Positions 13,293 through 25,300 of a stretch of DNA of 64,000 bases are shown piece by piece. A program made the translations under genes and the position numbers. The notes under the pieces were generated by a model. The model made no database searches. It was given only the letters and a program-made list of their open reading frames with translations, and had not been told where the DNA came from. Position 1 is the stretch's first letter; each line of letters starts with the position of its first letter. Source of the stretch: Octopus bimaculoides (Eukaryota); contig NC_068981.1 in the NCBI RefSeq assembly GCF_001194135.2, positions 159,794,098-159,858,097 on the forward strand, read 5' to 3'.

Positions 13293-16200
13293 NNNNNNNN
13301 NNNNNNNNNNNNNNNNNNNNNNNNNNNNNNNNNNNNNNNNNNNNNNNNNNNNNNNNNNNNNNNNNNNNNNNNNNNNNNNNNNNNNNNNNNNNNNNNNNNN
13401 NNNNNNNNNNNNNNNNNNNNNNNNNNNNNNNNNNNNNNNNNNNNNNNNNNNNNNNNNNNNNNNNNNNNNNNNNNNNNNNNNNNNNNNNNNNNNNNNNNNN
13501 NNNNNNNNNNNNNNNNNNNNNNNNNNNNNNNNNNNNNNNNNNNNNNNNNNNNNNNNNNNNNNNNNNNNNNNNNNNNNNNNNNNNNNNNNNNNNNNNTCAT
13601 CATCGTCATCATCATCATTTAACGTCCGCTTTCCATGCTAGCATGGGTTGGATGATTTGACTGAGGACTGGCAAACCAGATGGCTGCACCAGGCTCCAAT
13701 CTGATCTGGCAGAGTTTCTACAGCTGGATGCCCTTCCTAATGCCAACCACTCCGAGAGTGTAGTGGGTGCTTTTACGAAAGGTCAGCTTTGCCTTTCATC
13801 CTTCTGGGGTTGATCCACTCAAGTACTGGGGTCAATGTAACTAACTTACTCACTTCCCTTCAAAAATGCTGACTTTGTGCCAAAATCAGAAAAATTAAAA
13901 AGAACTACAGTAATCTCTCATCATATCATGGTTCACCTATCGCAGTTTATTATTTAAGTTTACGTCGATGCCTCCATGGTGTTGTTTTGCATTTATAATA
14001 CAATAAATATATACAAATTACAAAAATAATTAAAAAAAATATGCAGGAGTGGCTGTGTGGTAAGTAGTTTGCTTACCAACCACATGGTTCTGGGTTCAGT
14101 CCCACTGCGTGGCACCTTGGGCAAGTGTCTTCTACTATAGCCTTGGGTTGACCAAAGCCTTGTGAGTGGATTTGGTAGACGGAAACTGAAAGAAGCCGAT
14201 CGTATATATGTATGTATATGTGTGTGTATGTTTGTGTGTCTGTGTTTGTCCCCCCAGCATCGCTTGACAACCGATGGTGGTGTATTTATGACCCCGTAAC
14301 TTAATGGTTCGGCAAAAGTGACTGATAGAATAAGTACTAGGCTTACAAAGAATAAGTCCTGGGGTCGATTTGCTCGACTAAAAGGCGGTGCTCCAGCATG
14401 GCCGCAGTCAAATGACTAAAACAAGTAAAAGAGTAAAGAGTACAGTACTGTTTCTACTTTGCAGGGGAGTGGTTGGAATGTAACACCTGCAATAGTTGAG
14501 GGATTACAGAGTTCATATTATGTGATTATGATAACAATTGTTACTAATTAATAATTATGTTATATAATAACTATTAGTGATTATTGATAAGTATGTCATA
14601 TAAATTGCTATTACTATATATAGTTACATAGCTGTATTCATTCATGGTTGTCACCAAAACAGCTGCTGAAATATCAAATGAAATTTTAAAATATCGATAA
14701 TATTGTTTGCATTTCTATTTCTTCTAATATATAGCTCCAGACATTCTTTGTAGGCAATTATAAACTGGATGTGCTTTTGATCCAATTTTATATTTATATT
14801 AAAGTAGAAATAACTACTAAGACCATATATTTACAGATGTAAATAGAATGCTTTGCACTATATTTGTTCTGGCTCTCTGTACTATGAGTTCAAATTCTAC
14901 AAAGATCAACATTGCCTATCCTTCTTCTATGATCAATAAAGTACTAGTGAAGAACTAGAATCAATTCTTTCACTTCTCTCTCCTTCTCAAGTCAGCTATG
15001 CTGCACAATTAAGGGGATTGTGGCAGTTAAGATTTGTAGTCTTGCAAACTGTATGTTGGCCTCATTAGTGCTGGTGGTATGAACAAAGCACCCAGTACAT
15101 GTTGTAAAGCAGTTGGTAGTAGGAAGGGCATCCATCGATAGAAGCCATGTCAAAGCAAATATTAGAGTACGATGTAATGTTGAGGTCCTTCATATTCTGT
15201 CCAGCTGTTCAACCCATGCCAGCATAAAACATGGACATTAAGTGATGATGAGGATTCATCTATACCTATATCTCATCATCATTATCATTTTCCATTATCT
15301 GTTTTCCATGCTGGCATGGGCCAGACAGTTTAACTGGAACTGGTTAGATGGAAAGTTGCACCATGCACCAGTCTGTTTTGGCTTGGTTTCTACAGCTGGA
15401 TGCCCTTCCTAATGCCAACCACTTGATAGAGTGTACTGGGTGTCTCTTATGTGTCACTGACACAAGTGCCCTTTGTGTATCACCAGCACAGGTGCCTTTT
15501 ATGTGTTTCTGGCATGTGCCTCTCATGTGTCACTGGCATGGGTGCCTTTAATGTGTCACCAGCGCAGGTGTCTTCTACGTGTCATTGGCATGGGTGCCTT
15601 CTATTGGGGCATCCCATAAATAATGCGTTTTTTATATATTTCTTTTATTTTTTCAAAATTAAGATAAACATAGTTCTTTTTTTAATCTAAAATATACTCT
15701 CATTTTCCACAATACTCTTCCATCTATCTGGTAGACTTTCAAGGCCCCTTTTCTAAAATTCACTTGTCCTTGACAAAAAATACTCCTCTAGTATTGTTCT
15801 GGCCTAGTCTACAGGATTCATATTTTTCTGTCCAAATGATATTGAAGACTGTGGAATAAATGATAATCAGATGGAGGAATGTCCAGTGAACATGGTGGGT
15901 GAGGCATCATTTCCCATTCAAAATGCTCCAGCCTTTGGAATGTCATCCTTGCTGTATGTGGCCAAACATTATCCTGATGGAAGAACACCTTTCGTCTTGA
16001 AACCAAAGATGGTCGTTTTTCTTCTAATGCTGACTTAAACCGCTCAAGCTGCTCAAGCTGTTTGCAGTAGATCTCCTTTGTTATCGTTTGGTTTAGGTTT
16101 AAAAGTTCAAAGTGGACTAAACCTTTCATATTCCACCAGACAGATAACACCTTATCTGGGTGAAGACTTTCTGTAGTCTGGGGTGCTGGTGTTTCTCCTT

Positions 16201-19200
16201 TCCCTTCTCACTGTCTTCGGCGCTTGACATTTTTATAGAGAACGCATTTCTTGTTACCAGTCACTATCTGGTCCAAAAAATAAGGTTCATTCATGAGACA
16301 TGACAGCAAAGAAGAGTACACATTCACTCTGTGTGTGATTAGACTCAGAAAGTTAGTGAGGAACCCATTGACCCAATTTGCTGACATTTCCAATGGCACG
16401 CAGGTGTTGATGAATGGTTGAATGACCAAATCCAAGCTTCTCAGCTAGTTTCTCAACAGTTATGATGGGCTTTTGTTCCACCAGAGTTTGCAGGATGTCC
16501 TCCTTGAGCTCTACAGATCTTCCAGGACAAAGCTCTAGGCTGTAGTTTCCAGCTTGGAATGGTTTTACATGGCACTGCATGGATGCTAGACACACTCATA
16601 GTAATTCTTTCTTTAGTGATGTAGAAGGGCTAAGTAAAATAGCAACATCTTCTCAGAAAAAAAGATGATTATGCCATTGCAACCATTCAAAGACAGACTG
16701 ATAGGCAGTACAACTCAGAAAGGTAATACAAATGAGCATTTATTCATCTACACAACATTGAAAAAACAAATATAAAAATTCTATATCGTCAGAAAATTTA
16801 TCAAGAAACCATTTCCATATAGGAAGGAATAGTGAATCTTACTTACCACAAGGTAACGACTTTTGGAGTCATTGGTTTCATAGGCATACAATATTTCCGA
16901 GTGAGTCCAAAATCAGCTAAAATTAGAAATGGCAACAGAAACACTCTCAAAATAAAATTAATTTTTGATTAGAATTTTCCCAATCTTTGCATACAAAATA
17001 ACAAACTGTAAAAAATCTCCCTAAGAATTCCCCTATATGGTTTCTTGATTTGCATAAATAGCAACAAAATCTCCCAGTAATCTCACTCTACAGTATTTAA
17101 GAAATAAAAGGATACATTGGATAATGTAATCCTAGATACATATGTCAGAAAAACAGATGCAGCAGTCAAGGCAACAACACCTTTCATCATGGCTCTGCCC
17201 AAACAGGGCTGACCTAGGGACAATTAACAGCAAGCCATTTATTACCACAAAATACAAATCTTTTTTTTTTTTTATCATCATCATCATCATCATCGTTTAA
17301 CGTCCGCTTTCCATGCTAGCATGGGTTGGACGATTTGACTGAGGACTGGCGAACCAGATGGCCACACCAGGCTCCAATCTGATTTGGCAGAGTTTCTACA
17401 GCCAGATGCCCTTCCTAACGCCAACCACTCTGAGAGTGTAGTGGGTGCTTTTACATGCCACAGGCACGAAGGCCAGTCAGGAGGTACTGGCAACGGTGTA
17501 TTTCACGTGCCACCTGCACAGGAGCCAGTCCAGCGGTACTGGCAACAAACTCGCTCAAATACCTTTTCACATGCCACTGGCACAAGTGCCAGGAAGGCGA
17601 CGTTGGTAACGGTCACACTCAGATGGTGCTATTTACGTGCCACCAGCACAGAATCCAGACAGCTCGTGCTCTGGCAATGATCACGCTCGGACGGTGAAGC
17701 TGATGAGTTACTTTTTACTTGTTTCAGTCACTAGGTTATGGCCATACTGAGGCACCTCCTTGAAGAACTTTTGGTCAAATGAATTGATTACAGCGTGTAT
17801 TTTTTAAAAAACCTGGTACTTATTCTATCAATCTCTTTTGCTAAACTGCTAAGTTATGGGGACACAAACACACCAACACCGGTTGTCAAGTGGTGGTGCA
17901 GGATAAACACAAAGACACACATATACATATACAACAGGATTCTTTCAGTTTCGGTCTACCAAACCACTCACAAGGCTTTGGTCAGCCCAAGGCTATAGTA
18001 GAAGACACTTACCCAAAGTGCCACACAGTGGGAATGAACCCAACACCATGTGGTTGGGAAGCAAAATTCTTACCACACAGCCCAAATTCAAATATTTTTA
18101 CAATACACTAATATTTCATTGATTATGCATGGATTAAAGATAAAAAAAAATCCATATGAATGTGCACTTAAAGCTCAAATGCCTCACCAAAAACTGTTTG
18201 GATTCCATATGATTGTGCTATCACTTTTCCAATGATGATTTTTATAAATCTGATCGTGTGCATATAGTTGGAACATGCATTTTCATATCTGAATGCTTTA
18301 CTTTATCCATTGTAAAATAAGCAGATCAGACCTGCAGAAGTATGTACCTCGGTTATGATTATGAGACAAAGAATGTTTTACTGATCAGTTCAACAACTCA
18401 ACCTCTCGTTCATTACAACTGATGTTTAAATATTCTAATATGCTGACCCAACTGTTTGTAATCAATCTAAAGTTTCTCATAGGCACAGGCATGGTTGTGT
18501 GGTTAAGAAGCTTGTGGTTCAGTTCAACTGCACAGTACCTTGAGCAAGTGCCTTCTAGTATAGCATTGGGCCAAGTAATGTCTTGTGAGTGAATTTGGTA
18601 GATGGAAACTGTGTGGAAGCCCATCATGCATGTGTGAGTGTGTATCTTTGTTCGATGTTTGTCCCCCAGAAACTACTTGACAACAAGTGTTAGTTTGTTT
18701 TTGTTCCTCTAACTTAGCAGTTTGGCAAAAGACACTGATAGAATAAATACCAGACTTTAAGAAAGTAAGTACTGGGGTCAATTTGTTTGACTAATGGAGG
18801 TGCCCCTGCTCTGAGAAAAATTATGCCTGCTATATCATACAAATCCAGGAAGCAAATGAGATTTTTAAAGGAAACGAAATCAACGTGAAACATGAAATCT
18901 TACCTATTTTTACACAACCTTCATCAGTCATAAGAAGATTAGAAACTTTAAGGTCTCTGCAATAAAGAAAAATTATAAACATGAAGAATGATATCGGTTT
19001 TTTGTTTTGTTGTAAATAAACATTAACTATTTTGCAGTTGTATTTGGTAAAAGATCAGATCTGAAATTACAGTGTGGGGAAACTGAAACAACTGTATCAC
19101 GACTGCTATGCAGTCATGATCACCATTTATCTACAATGTGTAGTGGAACATATGTCCTCAATATGACTTTAAACAGAATCCCTCTTAGCGACTATTGTTC

Positions 19201-20175
19201 TCAGGTCTATTCTAACCCTGAGTAGTAGCACTTGTCTGGGACACAGCTATGAGTTAATTAGCACGCCATGGAGGAAATTCCAAGCACAGACTCTCACTGT
19301 CTTGTGAGTGCCTTGGGAAAGGAAACGGCTTTGAGGAATGTGGAACCATCTCTTAGCCACTGTTGTTCCCAGGTCTTCTATGACCCAGAGTAGTAGCACC
19401 TGTCAGGGTTAGCTACGGATTAATTTGCATGTTATGGAAGAAAAGTCCAATCCCAAACCCTCACTCTCTTGTGAGTGCCTCTGGAAAGAAAACGACTAGT
19501 GGAGTCAACCTCGTCAGCAAATCAATGAGTGGTGTCCTTTAGGTCACCCGGTGCTTTCTTTGACACCCTTCTAGCAACTCCAGGGCAGTTGTGATGCTCC
19601 AGCTTTGTAAGACAATTCACTGAATAGAAGGGCCACTATAATATAAATCTTACAACTTGCTGGTCGCTGCAACCATCTTTCTCCACTGTGATCAGACCTT
19701 CAAGTCTATTATATTTACAAAAGTAAATATAACAGTTTCAGTGTATTATAAATGGCTCTTATAACTCCACTGCATACAATTGTATGATTAACTATATTCT
19801 AGTTTTTTTAAACACTCTTAAATTGTATACATACCGATGGATAATACAGTTTTCATGCAAATACTGAAGTCCTTTAAAAACTTGAAGCATTATAGATTTC
19901 ACCTGCAATTACAGTGAAAAACAATTTCTCTATATTGTGCAAATAAAAATCAAATTAGCAAGTCAATTCTTAATATAATTTATATTTACATAATGAAACT
20001 GTGGAAGCTTCAATAAAGGATGAAATAAATCATTTTAATGGTGAATCTTAAAGAGAATAACAGTATGTAATTTCATCATCACCATCATTCACCATGATAT
20101 TCACTTTTCCCTGCTTGCATGGATCAGAAAGAATTTGCTCGAGGTGCTTGTGTGTGTGTGTGAGTGTGTGCATAT

Positions 20176-20214
<39 letters not shown>

Positions 20215-22309
20215 TATATAAATACATGTATAGATAGATAGATAGATAGATATACATACAATAGGCATCTTTCAGTTTCTATCTACCACATCCACACACA
20301 AAGCTTTGGTCAACTGAAGGCTATAGCAGAAGATACTTGCCTAAGGTGCTCTGTTAGGGTGTATTATAAGAGGCAACAGGAAGGGCTTCTGCTTGCAAAA
20401 CTTTGCAGTAGAAAACCCATCAAACCCATACCAACACACAAAGTAGATGTAAAGTGATGATGATGATGTAAATATGCAATAATTATGTTACTGACAGACA
20501 ACAAATATATTCATTTATTCTCTAGTTTGATTTTAGTCATTAGGCTTTGGCCATGCTGGAACAATCATATTTATGCTTGGTTCAATACCAGCAATTATCT
20601 TAGACTGATACTTATTTTATTGGCCACTATTTGTTTAATCAGTAAGTTACTGGGCATAAAGAAAGGAACACAACAAACAAAACCAACTTTTAGGCCTGTG
20701 TTAACATAAACATGGACATAAGCACACAGACATATATTTATGTGTGCGCGTGCGCGTGTACAGATATATGTAAGAATGTATGTATATGTATGTGCATGTG
20801 TCTTATGCATAAAGGATTTTTTTAAAAAATGCATACCTGTGCTTCTGAAAAAGGAGCCTGCATATTATCAAGCAGAGAGGCAAGATCTTGTTCACAATAT
20901 TCCATCACTAGAAATATACTGAAATGGACAAAGATATACTAGAGTATAATATGAAATTTTCACATATCATCATCATCATTGTTTTAACATTCACATTTCC
21001 AAGCTTCATTGGCTGGACAGAGTTTATAGAAGCAGATTTTCAATGACTGGATCCCCTTCTTGGGGATCCAAGCAAGGTAATTTTTCTCCATGGTCAGACA
21101 TGTTCTCTCAGAATATTTGAAATGAATGACGCTGCTTGTGTGACAGTGACTTTCATTTACAACTATCACAGAATATCAAGTCAAAGAGACACAAACATAC
21201 ACACGCACGCATACATATATATATTTATATGTAGTTAAGTCTGTCTGGTTACAGAGTAGCCAATGGTTTTGCATCCACAAGGAGCTTAACCTCATGTATG
21301 GCTCGTCACACTCTAAAGCTGAAGACAAATGTAATTCTTCATCTCTGGGAGGTAGGAATCCGTTACAGTCAGTTGGTCAGTAAATCACCAAAGAATAAAC
21401 GCTCCATGTCGGTGAGGATGGGTTATTTCCCTTAGACCAGTTCATCTGGGTCAAAAAAGTGGGGGGGACAGAGAAATTTTCCCTTGGGTTACTTTTAGTT
21501 TGTAAGGACCTTTCCGGGTCTTTTCGGAGAATGGAGAATCCCATGCTTGCAGCAGATAGTATTTGCAATGGATGCAAGGACTATAAATTTCCTAGCGAGT
21601 GTTCAGTGATCAAGGTTTCATGGAGTCTTTGAGAATCCTTGCTCACTCGGCTATACAAAGCTCACAGCGTCTGCTCCCATTAATGTACTACTCTGCACTG
21701 CTTCCTGAGCCACTCTTTCCCCTCTACATACTAGTATTTCTCATCATCTGCACCCCCTACACTTGTTCACTATATTAACCTCTACCCTCACCTGTTTGCT
21801 CTCATCTCACACTCATATGAAAGCATCCACTCTCCATCCCCTCCCATAATCCACCATCTATGCTCCCCTTCTTGTTCCTTCAGAGTTTACTTTAGCTCCC
21901 CATCGCTACCTGCCTTTTATTTCTCCTTTATAACAAAACACTTGTGCCTGTCATTCTATCATACTTAGGCTTGTCAACAATTTTGAAGGATAAGGTGGGA
22001 ATGCCACCCACCTTCACCTTGTTCTCCCAAATACTAGTAGTGGGAGTTCTTCTTTTTCTCTGTCCTTTTTTGTTTTACAAGTTACATGGCAATCTCACAA
22101 GTACTGTTGGCATAAAAAAAACACCCAGTACATACTGTAAAGTGATTGGCATTTGGAAGGGCACCCAGCTGTAGGCATTATGCCAAAGAGTTCATTAAAG
22201 CTCAACATAGCCCTGCAGCTCACTGGTCCCCTGTCAAACCATCCTACTCATACCAGCAAGGAAAAATGAGGTTAAACAGAATTGTGAATAACAGCAAGTC
22301 ATTCTTTTC

Positions 22310-22355
<46 letters not shown>

Positions 22356-25300
22356 CGTCCAACCCATGCTAGCATGGAAAGCGGACGTTAAACGATGATG
22401 ATGATGATGATGATGATATATACCAACAGATGCTCAACTAAAGTTAACCTAGAACTTTACAACAACAACGTATTAGTGGCAGTCATTGTAAACTGTATTT
22501 ATATAGAGAAAGTGCTTAAGAGAAATAAGCATTAAAAAAAAAACAGAAAAATCTACCTGTCAAGACTTTTACCAACAACCACTTCTTGTAGTTCAACTAT
22601 GTTTTCATGGCGTAGATTTAGAAGTATGTTAATTTCTCGAAGACCACTGATAGGGATTCCTGGTAGAATACAAATTTTAAAAAAATAATTTAGTAAAGAG
22701 AAAGAGTTAGAATAAAGAGTTGGAGCAAATGAATGAAAACATCAGGAAATTATGTTATATTGTTTTAATCACTGTTTTAATGACCACAGAGGCCCATCTA
22801 TATGACCATGTCTAGGAGCCAGCACTCTTCTGAGACTTGTATGTCTTAGCCACGAGACCATCTTCTGCTATTTGATTCATAACAGGGGCCCTTGAAAGAT
22901 ACTAAAACCCCAGGCCACAGAAAACCTGGGAGTTGTAGTGACGAGGAAACTCCTTTTCTCTCTAACTCCTGAACTTTCAAATAAGAATTGCATCATTGAA
23001 TGTGATTTAATGCCATGCTCTGGACCACACAGATATGTATTATACTATAATTAAAACTGACTCTTGACTCTTCAACTAACCAGATTCCAACTATCTCTCT
23101 ACGTTTCATTTGATCTTCTTAATTTATTAGTTTATTTATCACAGTTACTGGATGTGTAGATATGGAGTTTACTTCATAACAACATGGTTTTGAATTGTAT
23201 CTCACTGGGTGACATTCTGAGCAAGACTCCTCTTGTGTAACCTAGAGCTAACCAATACCATGTAAGGGGAATTGGTACCTGGAAATTGTATGGAAGCCTG
23301 ATGTGAACACACACACACACACACATATATATATACGCATGTTTGTCAGTGAGTATGCTTGTAGGTAATGTGCATAAATATTGATATAAATATGAAATGC
23401 ATATTGGTATGCATTTGAAGATCAGTAAAAAAATCTATTTGGGAAACAGGTAGGGGCTATTTCTAGGAAAGGCCTCTAGCCATAAAATGCTGTCTCGAAA
23501 TCTATCTCCATCAAACCCATGCTAGCCTGGAAAAAGGGTGTAAAACAAATGTAAAAAACCAAAAAAAAACCAAAAGAAAAAACATAACACAAACAAGTAC
23601 TACTGCAATTTGTACAGTTCAATATGTCGTGCACCATCATTTGTGTTCTGGATTATCTAATAAATACATTGAAAACCATAAAAGAAATGTTCACTTGTCT
23701 TCACGTTTTAATGCATAGCAATTCAGAATTTGAGTAATGATGAAGCTACTTGAGTTTAGTCCCTTGTCAGTCCCAATCGAACTGAAACATGGTTAAAATG
23801 TTCCAGGTGCATTGTCCTTTTCTTTTTTATAACAGGGGCAGCATAGTCAAATCTAAGAGATTTGCCAATAGCTCTTTTCTTTTTCTAAGACAGCAGGGTG
23901 TGATTTGAAAGCAAATTTGGCTACTATTTCTAGTAGGATGAGTAACGAAGCAGGGCCTCTCTTACTGGCAGATTTATGATAAAAACTCTTGGTGTAGAAA
24001 AACTGTTCTGAGACGATATACCCAGTTCTAAACTTTTTAAACTCACCTAATTATTTTTAGTCCTGAGAAAAATAAGTGTAGAATAAGTAGAGAAAATTAT
24101 GAAATTTATAAATTGCAAATGTTAGAAAGATATTTTTAATTCTCTAATGATCCAAACAAAGTGATGGGTATAGAAATATATACACATTCTTATAGAAGTG
24201 ATTACTACCCTTTATTTAAGGACTACAGTAAGGACAGGAGTGACTATATATATTGTAAGAAGTTTGCTTCCGAATCTCATGATTCTGAGACCAACAGAGA
24301 ATATTGACTATATACAAATGATAGTCATGAGTTGAAAAATAAAATTTGCAGATGGATACAAGTCTTTGTTGTTGTTTCCAAATGTTAACATTTTTATTAA
24401 AGTAACAAAATATAAGACATAAAAAAATTGTAAATTCTTCAAATTAAATTTTCTTAGAATACAGAAGTTAAGAACCTACCATCACGTTCTCTTTCCATCC
24501 GCATCTTTTTCAATGCAACAATTGCATCAGACCTTATGTCTCTTGCACGATCTGAAATATCCATGGAATATCATATTAACATTCTATAAAGAAAACGAAA
24601 GAAAACACACATACACACAATCTATGAATTTCTTTCAGAGTTCAAATCTCCCATGAATAAAACAACCTCATCCAACTTTAGTTAGCTCGAGAGTGTAGTG
24701 CTGGAAAGAAGGTTGCATTCACTCGTCGTTTAACGTCCGCTTTCCATGCTAGCATGGGTTGGACGATTTGACTGAGGACTGGCAAGCCAGCAGGCTGCAC
24801 CAGGCCTCAATCTGATCTAACGCCAACCACCCCAAGAGTGTAGTGGGTGTTTTTACGTGCCATCGGCACGAGGGCCAGTCACACAGTACTGGCAACGGCC
24901 ACGCTCAAAAAGGTGTTTTTTACGTGCCACCTGCACAGGAGCCAGTCCAGCGGCACTGGCAACAACCTCGCTCGAATGATTTTACTCTATACTAATTTAT
25001 TGTATTCTTATTTCTAATATATTTTAATCCAATGTATTTTTGTGCTGAGTCTCATAATGATGCAATTTCTCTGAGAAAGTCAGAACAAATCAAATCATGT
25101 ACAACATTTTTCCTATGTTTAGAAAGTATACAATACAGTAACTTCTTTGTTTATGTTTAGAAGCTTAATGTAGAAGCTTTGAGAAATATGTAATTAACTA
25201 TTTTTATTAACCTCTTTGTACTTAATTTGTTTATAAGCCATAAAAAGTGAAAACATGAAACTTACAAACAATGCCATATGTCCCTTCTCCAACTCGATTC

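Noticed and set aside
13208-13641. Long X-containing ORFs (also 56209-57073 and 61716-62665)
   Set aside because: They merely span N gaps and dinucleotide repeats.
14043-14115. SINE heads as tRNA genes
   Set aside because: There is no complete cloverleaf, and each head continues into a shared SINE body.
15818-16595. Mariner ORFs as a domesticated SETMAR-like gene
   Set aside because: Multiple frameshifts and stops, and catalytic motifs are altered (GNKK, DNVWPH).
22945-22965. GTGACGAGGAAAC hammerhead-like string
   Set aside because: It lacks C3 and any stem II; it is just a GGAGTT/AACTCC hairpin loop.
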